DNA of 64,000 nucleotides from Epithemia pelagica (Eukaryota > Protista > Bacillariophyta), in NCBI GenBank assembly GCA_946965045.2, contig OX337228.1:4588001-4652000 (forward strand). The letters are read 5' to 3'. Positions 24,031 to 35,570 of this stretch are shown here, piece by piece. The first letter of the stretch is position 1. Every line of letters starts with the position of its first letter. A program made the translations under genes and the position numbers. The notes beneath the pieces are model-generated. The model saw only the letters and a list, made by a program, of their open reading frames with translations. It did no database searches and was not told the DNA's origin.

Positions 24031-24080
24031 ACACGCGCACACCTACAAGAACACGCGCACACCTACAAGAACATGCGCAT
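24031..24080. repeat. 20-bp tandem repeat ACACGCGCACACCTACAAGA x2.5
   Basis: Directly visible. Confidence 0.9.
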
Positions 24081-24160
24081 GGCCCTTCCTCACGTTATTA
24101 CTAAAAATGTGCTTTCCAGAACCAGCAAGCGCATGACCCACATTTCACCAACTTCAACAC

Positions 24161-24237
24161 CATGCACAGTCAAGAACCAATAGTCATCACATCCCTCCAC
24201 CTTCATGCACAGTCAAGAACCAACAGTCATCACATTC
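24161..24237. repeat. 43-bp tandem duplication at the 3' end of the RING gene
   Basis: CATGCACAGTCAAGAACCAA at 24161 and 24204. Confidence 0.9.
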
Positions 24238-27200
24238 CCGACAAAATGTATGTCTACAAAGAAACAGTTCGCAATCCACTTTTCTGGTCATACAAATCGA
24301 ACAAACCTCGGGCTTGTATTTTGTCTCAACTCCTCTTTGTTCTAGTGTTGATGGCTTGTTACTCACGGGTGATTTTTTTGATGATTCTTCAGGGCGTCCC
24401 TCAATCGTAGTTGTAGTGTCTTCGAATGTTTTCCTATGTCCCTTTTCAGGGAATCCCTCGCTCGTAGTTGTAGTGTCTTCCGCTGTTTTCTTGTGTCCCT
24501 CTATCTTCTCCGCACCAAACATGTGGATGTTACTCTTGATCTTTTGTCCACACTGGGGAAACCATACATTATGATACTTGAACCGTATTCGTAAGCAATT
24601 TCCGTGAACCAGATGTCCACATGGGATGAGGGTACAGACTTCGCTGTCTGTATCTATTTTCAATGCCCTGTTACAGCATACGCAAGAATCTGGACAATAT
24701 ACAACGGTCGGTAGCAATCGATTTATATCTCTCTTGGAAAGTTTGGAGTCAAGTAACACCTCCTTCGGTTCTAATCCCACCTTCGGGCACGGTATGAACA
24801 ATATGTCACCATCCGTAGTCCACGTCTCTGAACACCCACCATCAGATAGATCGACGTTCTCCTTGTATTCGTATTTATCGGTATCACGTGAAAACCCCAC
24901 TTCAACGGGATCGTCGTCGCTGTTACCATCGAAATTGTCAGGTCCCAACACCAAAGGAGAAATCGAATTGCCACCAACAGCATGCTCTAGTCCTCTCGAA
25001 AATTCAGTATTGTACCGTATTTGATTACTCGAAAAACAATTGGATATCGACATACTCTTGTCTATCTGACCTTCTTTCCGACCCGGGTTTGGTCGACTAC
25101 TCATTATGTTTCCAAGCATTCTGATCACAATAGCTTGTGGCATTGGCTTTGGAGTATCCTTCTTAGGTTCTGGCATTTTCACAATGCGATATCGCCACTT
25201 GTTACATTCCTTGTTTGTATCATGTGTTGTTTCATCTTCTTCCACTAATGATGGGTCATAACATAGACTGACAGGCGGGGCACCTTTTGACGTATTGACC
25301 AGGTCCCATTTCCTTAGTACATGACGCGTCGTTCCTTCCCAGTATTGGTCTGATCGATTATGTATTGGTTCGTAGATATGAAGTATCTTTTTGTCGATTT
25401 CGAAAGCCAATAAAGCTGGGTCGCTGACATCAGTTGCTGTTGTCAAGGCAATGATCGCCAATATCAGTGTGTTTGGATCCTGTTGTCTCCATGATGACAT
25501 AGGAATTTTCTTAGGAAATGGGTTCCTGTTTGCTTCATCAAATGTTACTTTGTCAACATATACTAGGGTCTGATGGTTGTGATGGACCATCAATTTCAAA
25601 CAAGTATAGAAAGACTCAATCGGCATGCCCGTCCTTGAAGTGTTGTAGCAAAGATCTCTCCGACGATGTCTATGTGGGATATGCAAAACACGCGTTGTAG
25701 GGTCCTGGTCATTCATCAACCCACTGTAAGACATGCATAGTGTGCACCTAAATAATGTCTTGATTTCGACATGCGTGTTGTCCTTCCCCATACTCTTAGC
25801 ATACTGGGTTGCTAGCTTCATGGCCGACTTGATGTTCTCGTTGTTTCTGTTAGTTTGTTTTTCCGCGAACTTGTCTAAGTAACCGTCACCAATGTTGTCG
25901 ATGGATTCATTCGAGTCCCATGAGTCTTTTCTTCTCTTCTGGTTTACTATAGGATCAAGAACGTGTGGAATTTCAATGAAAGGCGGTGGTACCACACCAT
26001 CACCTGTCTCCTCATTTCCCTTGTTAATGGAAGCACAACGTCTCTAAGACAAAGAGATCAATCATTTTTGAGATTGTCTAATCCTTCTCGATTCTTGGCA
26101 AGTCGCTCGAACATCTTACCTCGTTGTCTGCGGTTTTTTCATTGTCGTCGCTTATAATCTTCCTGACCTCTTCCACACGGTCTGATTTGAGGGCGACTTG
26201 GTTCGACGTTGTAATGGAAGTTGGTAGTACTTGTTCCTTTCTCTCGTCAGTAGGATCATTACCAGCGACGACCTTCTGTCTCCTTTTTGCCGGCGAGTCT
26301 GTACTCCGACGTTGCACGGCAATTTCTTTCGATTTCCTGGCAGACAGTAACTCTTGTTTTTCTATATAATGCAGTAGATCGTAGAACATACCGCCATCGT
26401 CTCCGTTTCTTCCATATTGTACCAAAGAATCTCTTTCTTCAAGGTACATCTTGAACCATGTGTCAGGCATTGTATACAACAGTGCTTTCTCCATTTGGAT
26501 ATTGGAAATCACGTCCATGTTCTCGTCCGATGTCGATTCTGAGATGAAACGGTGTATGGCCACCATATGTTCGATAACCCATGCGATTTTACCAACAGGT
26601 ACGAGACGCGGTTTCCTGTAAAGGGAGGAATCATCTAGAAGGTATCGTTTCAATGCTTCTCCAATCCCACCGATCCCCTTGCGTGTCTTCTTAGAGACTA
26701 AGCCATGAGAGGAAAGAAATCTGATAATGGTTTGTCTCAGATTCTCAGCACTGTCTATCACTGTCGTCCCAAATGCCTGATTCCAAATATTGGAAACAGG
26801 ACTGTAGAGAGTCTTTTTGAACAACAGTCGAGCAACCATTGGAGTCAACTTGTCATCATCATCCATCTCGTTCTTAATTCTTGTGAAACAGAAAACGGAG
26901 TGACAGATGATATCTTGGAATGCAGGCGAATAACAGATTGGTAGGAATATCTTCACATAATGGCCGTCATGTGGTACCTCCACTGTTGTCCATTTTCCTG
27001 ATTTGTCTTGGAAAACACTTTCATACCAATTGAGGACACTTTCGTATGTAATGGGCATAATACCGGTGTAGTGAGATTCCTCGCTTGTGTGTGTTCGAAG
27101 TGTATGATTGGTACCAGAAACAGTCATAGTCGACACGTCCTTTCTTTTGTTTCGCACTTCATCATTCATTGAAGAAGGGTCACCAGGATTCTTGGCGGTC

Positions 27201-27244
27201 GGTGGCTTTTTGTAGCGAGGGCCCTTGATGCGGTTGCCCGCCAT
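24187..27244 (-). CDS. ~990-aa cargo protein: unknown N-terminus, Ulp1-peptidase-like segment lacking catalytic residues, two RING-like fingers; intron 26044-26119
   Basis: ORFs 26078-27244 and 24187-25995 join in frame through GAG|GTAAGA...TCTTAG|AGA (76 bp); CxxC..CGHxxHxxC and CSIC..CRHTFCREC patterns. Confidence 0.7.
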
Positions 27245-27261
27245 TTTGTACTTGTCACGAT

Positions 27262-28560
27262 GCGCTTTTTGTGTAGCGTCTTTCTTTCAACAACAACAAC
27301 AACAAGGGTAGTCGAGGAAGCGCTTTAATTGTAGCGTCTTTGAGACAACCTTGTGTACTTGTCTAAACAGTAAAAAGTGTGCGCTGAATTGTGTAGCGTC
27401 TTTGGTTTGGTCCTGAACTCTGGTGGTAACAAAACAACAACCAAATCGAAGGAATACACTACAACGCGCTTTATGTGTAGCGTCTTGTTCGTTGTGATCC
27501 AACAATCGGTGCCAGAATTTGCTACTCCAAAACCAGGGGTTGGTTGGTTGTCCAAGCAATCTCGCGACAAGAATAGAACAGAAGCAACTGGCTACCACCG
27601 TGTCACACTGCTTGCTTTGGGTCTGTTCTATTCAAGTCGGAGTATCACGAGGACAGGAGGGTTCTTGATAAACAATCTAACAGATAGCCCGAAACCGCTT
27701 TAATTGTAATAGCGTGATTGGAATGAAGGACAGAGCTGAGTGAAACAAGCAACAATCAGACAGATGCCCCAAGCCGCTTTAATTGTAGCGTGGTGATTGG
27801 AATGGCAGAGCTGCAAGATAGTGCAAGTGTCAAAGATAGGACAAATGTCGACAATATTTCGAATGCTCTGGTGGTCGTTCTTCTTCTTGGGTTCCTCTTC
27901 TTCTTGTTTTCCTGTTGTAGCGGTTTTGGAGTGAAGGTCGTGGTTGAAAGGAAGCAAGCAACAATCAGACAGATGCCCAAAGCCGCTTTAGTTGTAGCGT
28001 GATTGGAATGGCAGAGCTGCAAGATAGTGCAAGTGTCAATGTCTCAAATGCTCTGGCTGTGCTTGAGTTCCTCTTCCTCTTCTTCTGGTGCAGCGGTTTT
28101 GGAGTGAAGTGTTGTAGCGGTTTTGGAGTGAAGGTCGTGGTTGAAAGGAAGCAAGCAACAATCAGACAGATGCCCCAAGCCGCTTTAGTTGTAGCGTGAT
28201 TGGAATGGCAGAGCTGCAAGATAGTGCAAGTGTCAATGTCTCGAATGCTCTGGCCGTGCTTGAGTTCCTCTTCCTCTTCTTCTGGTGCAGCGGTTTTGGA
28301 GTGAAGGTGGCTGAAGAGGAAGCAAGCAACAAAAAGGTGGCTGAAAAGGAACCAAGCAACACTCAGACAGATGCCCCAAGCCGCTTTAATTGTAGCGTGA
28401 TTGGAATGGCAGAGCTGTTAGGTTGGTGAAAGAAGTTGGATAGGTGAAAGGATTGAAAAGGGAATCTCGGCAGAGAGAAAGCAAGCAACAAAAAGGTGGC
28501 TGAAAAGGAACCAAGAAACAATCAGACAGATGCCCCAAGCCGCTTTAATTGTAGCGTGAT
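27262..28560. repeat. Array of ten CGCT-N7-9-AGCG short inverted repeats; distal copies embedded in a ~200-bp tandem unit
   Basis: Copies at ~27262, 27320, 27381, 27466, 27695, 27774, 27983, 28180, 28381, 28540. Confidence 0.85.
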
Positions 28561-29574
28561 TGGAATGGCAGAGCTGTTAGGTTGATGAAAGAAGCTGGAT
28601 AGATAATGGGATTGAACAGGGGAATCTTGATAGCGTTGGGTGATCGATTGCTGTTGTTGCTGCTGCTGCTGTTGTTGTTTGTTGTGGTGTGTTGGGTGGA
28701 GGTGGAGGGAGATGAATGAGCATCGATTCTGGTGGTCGTTGATTGTTGAATGACTAGTATGCTAAGTTGTTCGGTTTTGTTCGATGGATCAGAGTGTTGA
28801 GTTGGTAATCCCCGCGGTTTGGGTGATTGGGAAGGAGGATCCATCTGAGACATTCTTTGGGACATCCATGTGCGTCAGTCTTTCTGGCAGCTGCTGTGTG
28901 ATGTGGTGGGAGTGGAAATTCGTGATTCAAAGGTGAGGGGACAGACGCTTGCGCATGAGGGTTGCGTCATGCGCGTCTCGGGGGGGGGGGGTCGAGCGCG
29001 CCAGATAGTTGTAGTGCGCATTATCGGAGTGTGGCGCGCGTTATTCGTGGTTTGATCGCGGGCTTGTGCGCATTAAAATTGTTGCATGCGCGTGATAGTC
29101 AGCTCGATCTCTAGGACTAGCTAGAGAAATGTGCATTGTTAGACCTAGATTTGCAGATTTAGTTGGGAAAGCAGGATTATAGTTAAAAACTGCGCATATA
29201 AAAATAAACTGCGCATAAAAAATTTTAATTCGGCGAATTTTTTCTAGAAATTCGCTTTTGGGGGTGGAAATCAAGCGCCAGGGCCCATTTCCCTCCTTAG
29301 ATGTGGAAGGCCGCTCGGTATTATGGGGAGAGAATGAGATGGCGGAAGGGACGTAATAGAGCGGTTTGGGAAGTCGGTGGATGGATCTTCATCTCCCTCG
29401 TTGTTGTCGCGAAATGTGGTGTTTTGCTGGTTGTCCATGCTCGTGAAGAAGGACAATTGAAGGCAACACCGAGTAGGCAGAAGTGTCGTCGATAGGATGG
29501 GAAAGCTTACGAGGGCTTGGGTGCGGTTGGACAACCTTCACGGCGGATGAAATCGACCTCACTAGTTTGGCACC

Positions 29575-29719
29575 GTGGTGGATGCGTTGAGGTAAAATGC
29601 AATTTGTATCAATGTCGGAAAATCGCCATTTTTGGGTGGTCGAGCCAAGGGGGTGAGTATACAGATGTACCTTTAGGTACGACCTATGTGCGACCTGGAC
29701 TCACCCCTGCTTGGGGGTA
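29575..29719 (-). repeat. Right TIR of MULE-like element
   Basis: Reverse complement of 22545-22685. Confidence 0.85.
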
Positions 29720-29817
29720 ACCGTTCTCGCGATCTCCAAAAACTCTAGAAAAAATTAGCCGTTGAACCCCCATCGACAATCGACATTGAAAACGAGCGTA
29801 AGCCATAGCCATATGCC

Positions 29818-30497
29818 ATGTCGATGTCGGATATTGGAACCATGGGAGCCGGCTGTACCGCATCAACGTTCTCCAACACAGGCGCTTTGGAATCAGCATT
29901 AATGAGAATGAAAGAATTAGAAATAAATTTTGTAGCAATAGACTTCGATTCCACGCTTATTGATATCCATACTGGAGGTAAGCAAGACAATCTGATGCCA
30001 TGCTGATTTTCCTGTTTGTTTGATTCTCCAAAGGCTCATTGGTGGAATTGACAGGCCGATGGATGGGGACGGCAGAAGAACTTGAGGGGCACGTACGACC
30101 AGAATTTCGGCACTTGGTCCAGGCTTTTCTTTTGAATGACATTCACGTAGCTATTGTGACGTTCACTCCGCAAACTGTACTGGTAAAGAGTATTTTGGAA
30201 AAGATGACACAACACGACGAGCGCTTGGCCAAATTTGTCATTCCAATACGGGGAGGAGACAAGAGCTGGACTTACAACGGTGATGGGTCACGACATGGAA
30301 AACAAGCCCACATGGCATCAGCAGTGGAAGAATTAATGCATCACAATGCAGAGACAGATATTACGAAACAAACAACAGTTTTGATCGACGACGACAGACG
30401 AAACATAAGGTTTGCTCTCTCAGATGGGACACGTGCGGTATGGTTTAATCCTGATAAACCACACCATCTCCTGCGAGACCTGGCCAAACTGGTATGA
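29818..30497 (+). CDS. HAD-superfamily hydrolase; intron ~29978-30032
   Basis: VAIDFDSTL (DxD) motif, VLIDDD motif; GGTAAG donor. Confidence 0.85.
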
Positions 30498-30810
30498 GCC
30501 ACAAAACACCAAAGTTCACAACTCGCGTGGCCACCTGTGTAATGGGTTGAGCATGTTCTTGGAAATCGATCATCAGACTCTTCATTTCATCACCATGTGA
30601 CCAGACGTAGCTGATGAATGCCTCGAGAATATCGTTCTGCTGTACGCCGACCTAACATTCCTATTTGCGAAACTTGAAATAGAAAATTCATTGACTAAGT
30701 CATAGTTTAGAGCGGCTCAAGGCTCAACAAAGAAATGCTCTCCATCAAAATATCATACACAAACATTTCTTCTTCTAGGCGTAAAGGGGGGAGAATCTTG
30801 GGAACACGGC

Positions 30811-32063
30811 TTATGGAATATTGGCATGACAAACTGCTGTTCCATCCTCTTCTTTCACTTTCACAGCCCCTGTTTTATCCACGAGGAAAGCCACAAGAAG
30901 GAATCTCAGCCCGCTGGTGATACGCTGTCCACAGTGGCGTAACTTCCCCGGAAATATAAGTGCATGACCGCGCTGCACATGGACTGTTGCATCCAAGCAC
31001 TCGAAATAAGTACCCCCACCTTCGTAATCAATACCACTACCATTCGAGAGGGCAATCAGAAAGGTCCACTCGGATTTGTCAGTGTGCATGTCCAACTTCT
31101 GGCGTTCTTTTTTTGTCACATCATACTTCACCATGTGCGGTTCTCGATCGTCTAAGACCAGTCGACGATTTTCAGAGAATTCTAGGATGGCATGTGTCAT
31201 TGTGTGGATCACCGGTTGGCAAATTGCGGCCAGGCTAGGAAATTCTCGACAACCCAAAGTTTGCTTCGCATATGTGTACGCCGCATACTGACCTCGACAG
31301 ACTTGCTCTGTTACTTGTACAATGCGATCGCAATGAGAGGCAGTCAAGCCAGAATCTGCAACGTAAATGTTATGCTCCTCAGACACGGTGACCCAGTCAA
31401 CGACTGTAATACACAAGTAATAAAAACAGAAAGTTATGAAACCTGTGAGAATGACCGAAACCCATCAGCACAAACAAACGGTGACAGCGTCACGTTCGTA
31501 CCTTGCTGTCTCGGTGGAACCGCCATGGCGGAGGCACGGAAAAGGTGGTCGACAGACTCTCCGTCACGAAGCGAAGGGATTTTATAGCTATCTTCGCGTA
31601 TAAAGTTCCTTTTGTGTCGCTGCTGAACTGGTGCTTGCTCTTGCTGTTGTCGTCTGTGCTGTTGTTGTTGAGGTGCCATCTCCTTCTGCCCAAGCATTGG
31701 CTGATCAGTTGGATACCGAATCGCATAAATATGTGTCCCTGATAACCCCTCTTCGGTAGGTCGAAGTGAGTGCCGTCGCACCAGCAACCGAGTGGGAGGA
31801 AGGTAAGTCGTGTGCGCCGTTGTTCCACATTCCACGTTAACCTTCTCTTTCTTTTGGTTCTTGTATATCAACCGATTCTGGCCGCTTGTGTCATCGTCAT
31901 TGCTCAAGTTCTGACGTTCTGACGGGGGATGAGAGTACGCGACCGACCGTCGAAACAGATCGTAAACAGCGGGATCAGGACAATCACGGCGAGAGACTCC
32001 TTTTGTTGGTCGAGTCAGTTCCTCTGCTTCCAAGACCTGGCACTTTGAGCACGTTATACCCAT
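30811..32063 (-). CDS. 2OG-Fe(II) oxygenase (prolyl-hydroxylase-like) with N-terminal extension; intron 31404-31501
   Basis: HTD, YEGGGTYF, HCG, R motifs; phase-consistent splice AAG|GTACG...TACAG|TC; true start uncertain. Confidence 0.75.
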
Positions 32064-32751
32064 ATCTTGATATTGGTTGGAGGGGTTCGGATTTGGTCGT
32101 CGATCCTTGGATGGGGTCCTGGAACTGGAAGAATAAGCCTGCTAACGAGTATCGATCAACAAACAGTGTGCATCAAGATGAGGGTGCTCGTCGGCAATCA
32201 GTTTGTATGCCCCTTGTCCGGAACGACGAAAACAATACAAGCTGTCGTTGTCAAGGCAAGCCTGGGTCTTCTATGCGTCACATGAACACATGAAAATGAA
32301 AGAAGAGGAAGCGTGTTGGGTTACTTACCTAACCTTTCCCCCCTTGTTCCGCCGCGCCCTTGGTCTTGGTGCATAACACGAACTTCTCTCTCACCGAGCG
32401 ACATGAAGACATACAAGTAGCACTATGACACAACGACAGTTGTATGACATACGCTCGGGAATGCACGGCGCGTCCTGCTCGTGTACGATCCGGATAAGGG
32501 GGACATGGGACATGGCCCGTACCACCCCCATTTTAACCTCCCCCCATTTTTTCACAAACCCATCCTCCGCTACTCCTAGTAGTACGGAAGCGTTAGAATA
32601 GACTGGTAGGAGTAGCCATTTTGTTCAGGAGTTCAGGAGGTAGACCGTTGCAAACAACATCATATAACATATAATGCTTCCTAAATCAGCCTTTTTCCAT
32701 AGGAAAACATTCACGAGTCTTCTACATTTTTACCGCATGATCAGCAAAAGG

Positions 32752-33950
32752 CTAGTTGTCGATGGCAGAAGCTCCGGAAATAATCTCAATAAGTTCCGTT
32801 GTAATTCGGGCTTGGCGAGCTCGATTGTACTGAAGCGTCAGCGAATCGATCATCTCCCCGGCATTCTTTGAGGCGTTTTCCATAGCGGTCATACGAGACG
32901 ATTGCTCCGAGCACGCACCGTCCATAAACGAGTGGAAAATCTGAGATGCAAGCATGTATTCGTAGAGGTCTACCATTCCTTCTTGTTTTTCTTCGGGTTC
33001 GAATTCATAGTCTCCTAGAACATCGTCTCCTTCGGCAGTTTCAACCTTGAGCGGGGTGAGGACTTTGTATGCCTGCTTGTAAACGGCCGCATTGAAAAAA
33101 GTGTTGTAAAAGATCAAAATTCCATCATATTCGAGAGCACCTGCCTCTAGAATTTCAGTCGCCAATCCTGATGCAAGAGCGAATGTTCCAGGGGCAGCAA
33201 TGTCTGTGGCTGACCGAAGAATCTTGTCTCCCAAAACACGACGCATCTGTGCACGTCCCTTGTCTCCAACAACAACGATATCGCACTCTTTTCCTTGACC
33301 ATGAATTTTCTTCACCGCATCCTTCACAGTACGAGTGATAAACGAGTTGACACCACCACAGAGACCTCTTTCAGATGTGAAAGGGACAATCAAAGTCTTC
33401 TGGGGCAAATCTTCAAATGTCACTCCTTCATCTGGGATTACCACAGGTTCGGGGCAAACTGTGCTAGTCCAAGAATTGAAGGCCGCGGCCATGGCGAGAC
33501 GGTTTTCATCACCCTTCAACTTTGCAGCCGACACCATTTTCATTGAGCTAGTAATTTTCTTGATATTTTTGGTGGAAACGATCTGGTTAAGAACTGCAAC
33601 AAACGTCAGTTAGTCACCTGCAAGACGAAATAGATGGTCATCTCGCGAATCTAATGTGTCCACAGGTTGCGCTTACTCTGTTTTTCAGTTGCCATTCCAC
33701 GAATTTGTTGAGATGTCCTGTTAAAGAAAGAATAAGCTGAGTGAGACCTTACAAGTCTTGATAACTCTCTACTGTTACTCAGCTCTTCAATGCGGCACAA
33801 CCCTGAGCGATTAAAGTCCTGTTCCTTATCCAAACTCACGGCATCCAACTATACTCGATTGAATTCTGTACTGCACATTGGCGTAATAATCCGGTACACT
33901 TACAAGCGCATCAAGCGCGGAGAAACCCGCGAGACGAAAGACGGCATCAT
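32752..33950 (-). CDS. ATP3: Mitochondrial F1 ATP synthase gamma subunit; 3 exons
   Basis: MMPSFVSRVSPRLMR transit peptide exon, KNIKKITSSMKMVSAAK, RGLCGGVN, YNRARQARITTELIEIISGA. Confidence 0.95.
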
Positions 33951-34408
33951 GGTGTAGTCTGCCAACAAATCGATTTGCCGTGCCACAACGTCACCTGATG
34001 ATCCCTACATGCTGAAAAAACAGGACGAAGGAAGGACATGCTGGACTCCAGTCCTGACAGGACTGAACTGTGCGCCCGTACAATATGAAGCAACTCGCCC
34101 TCGGGGCCAAAGGACTGACTGTATCGCGTACGGCGCGCGTCTGTTGTAATTCGTGTAGGGCAAGTACCTCTGTTGTGGGGTAGAACAAATTTGGCGGTCG
34201 TAAAGAGTCATGTTTCAATTTGAACACTTTCAAGCCGAATTCCCTCTACCCCGAATAGACATCTCGACAGAGACCGAAAGACACCCCTTCGTTCTCGTAT
34301 TTGCCTTGTCAATACCCGTCTGATTGTTCGAAACGTCAAGTCTTTGCTACGGTGGCCCATACATCATACAACAATTTCCGTTTTACTTACCGCAGCATTC
34401 TTGAAACA

Positions 34409-35219
34409 ATGGATTTTGGAGGCGCGATGAATGCTGACAACGCAGCGAATGTTGACCTTGTTTCGTGGTACATGGACATTCCTCCAATATCTCGGCTTTA
34501 CTTGACTGGTGCTTTTCTAACAACAGCTGCCTGTGCTGTTGACATCATAAGCCCATTTTCCTTGTATTTCAATTGGGAATTGGTCATGGGAGGACAGATA
34601 TGGCGCGTTCTAACGAGCTATCTGTTCTTTGGAGTGTTCTCGATAGATTTCCTCTTTCATATGTACTTTCTGGTACGTGATATATCATTCGCTGTGGTCA
34701 TCAAGCGTCCTTATACCTTCGTGGTGGCTCAATTCACTATGTTTCATCCACTGTCAGGTGCGGTACAGCAGGTTGCTAGAGGAAGGAGAGTTTCGAGGCA
34801 GAACCGCAAACTATGTGTACATGCTGGTTTTCGGAATTGCGTGCATATCGGTTGTCGCTTCGTATCTTAATGTTCATTTTCTGGGTTCGGCGCTTACTTT
34901 CATGATGGCGTACACATGGGGAAGATTGAACGAGTCCGTGAGGATGTCATTCTTGGGATTCATCACGTTCAATGCACCATATTTGCCTTGGGTTATGTTG
35001 AGTTTTAGCGTTTTGCTCGGAAACTCGATAACAATGGACATAATTGGTATTTGTGTCGGGCACATTTACTATTTTCTTGAGTTTGTGTACCCAGTTGTTG
35101 CGGAACTGCGAGGCTGGCAAACGAAACGAATCATGGAGCCGCCATCAATTCTTCATTGGATATGTGGCACGTATCAAGGGTTTGTAGATGAGGCTCGTGT
35201 GGAGCCAAACGAGGAGTGA
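34409..35219 (+). CDS. DER1: Derlin (Der1/Derlin-2-like); intron ~34675-34757
   Basis: GQIWRVLTSYLFFG, YSRLLEEGEFRGR, PYLPWV, GHIYYFLE. Confidence 0.92.
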
Positions 35220-35570
35220 TCTGGTTGGGTTGTCGGAGACACGAGATGCAAATTAGCTCTCGTTCAAGGAGAGTCCCATCGAATCAGGACATGAAGGTAT
35301 TTCACGCGGTGAGTGTGAAAAATGCATGCTTCACTTCCCTAGCCTTCATCGGAGCTATTGGCAGAGGTTTATAATAGCACAATATCAACTCAGCTGCCCG
35401 AAGAAGTTGATGTTGTTCGTCCTTTCCTGATCCGAAGCATCATACAGCTGTATCTGGATCGCTTCATTGTTGGCTTAGTTTACAATTAAATTACCAATTA
35501 TAGCTCAATTTCGTTCTATTACAGTCAACGAAATAGGACGAGCAGAGTATTACATTTCGGTCATGAGAGA

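Larger units (their letters stand above)
22545..29719. mobile_element. Non-autonomous Mutator-like (MULE) DNA transposon with cargo gene
   Basis: Identical 10-bp flanks ACCGTTCTCG (22535-22544, 29720-29729); ends are inverted repeats starting TACCCCCAAGCAGGGGTGAGTC, homology extending ~140 bp. Confidence 0.88.

Noticed and set aside
24187-27244. Fanzor/TnpB-like RNA-guided nuclease
   Set aside because: No RuvC D-E-D motifs; the Cys/His patterns fit RING fingers.
27262-27487. CRISPR array
   Set aside because: Repeats are degenerate, spacers irregular (36-65 bp), the context is eukaryotic and no cas genes are present; kept only as an unexplained repeat array.
27700-28429. Repeated MQLCHSNH / MIGMAELQ ORFs
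   Set aside because: Translations of the ~200-bp tandem repeat.
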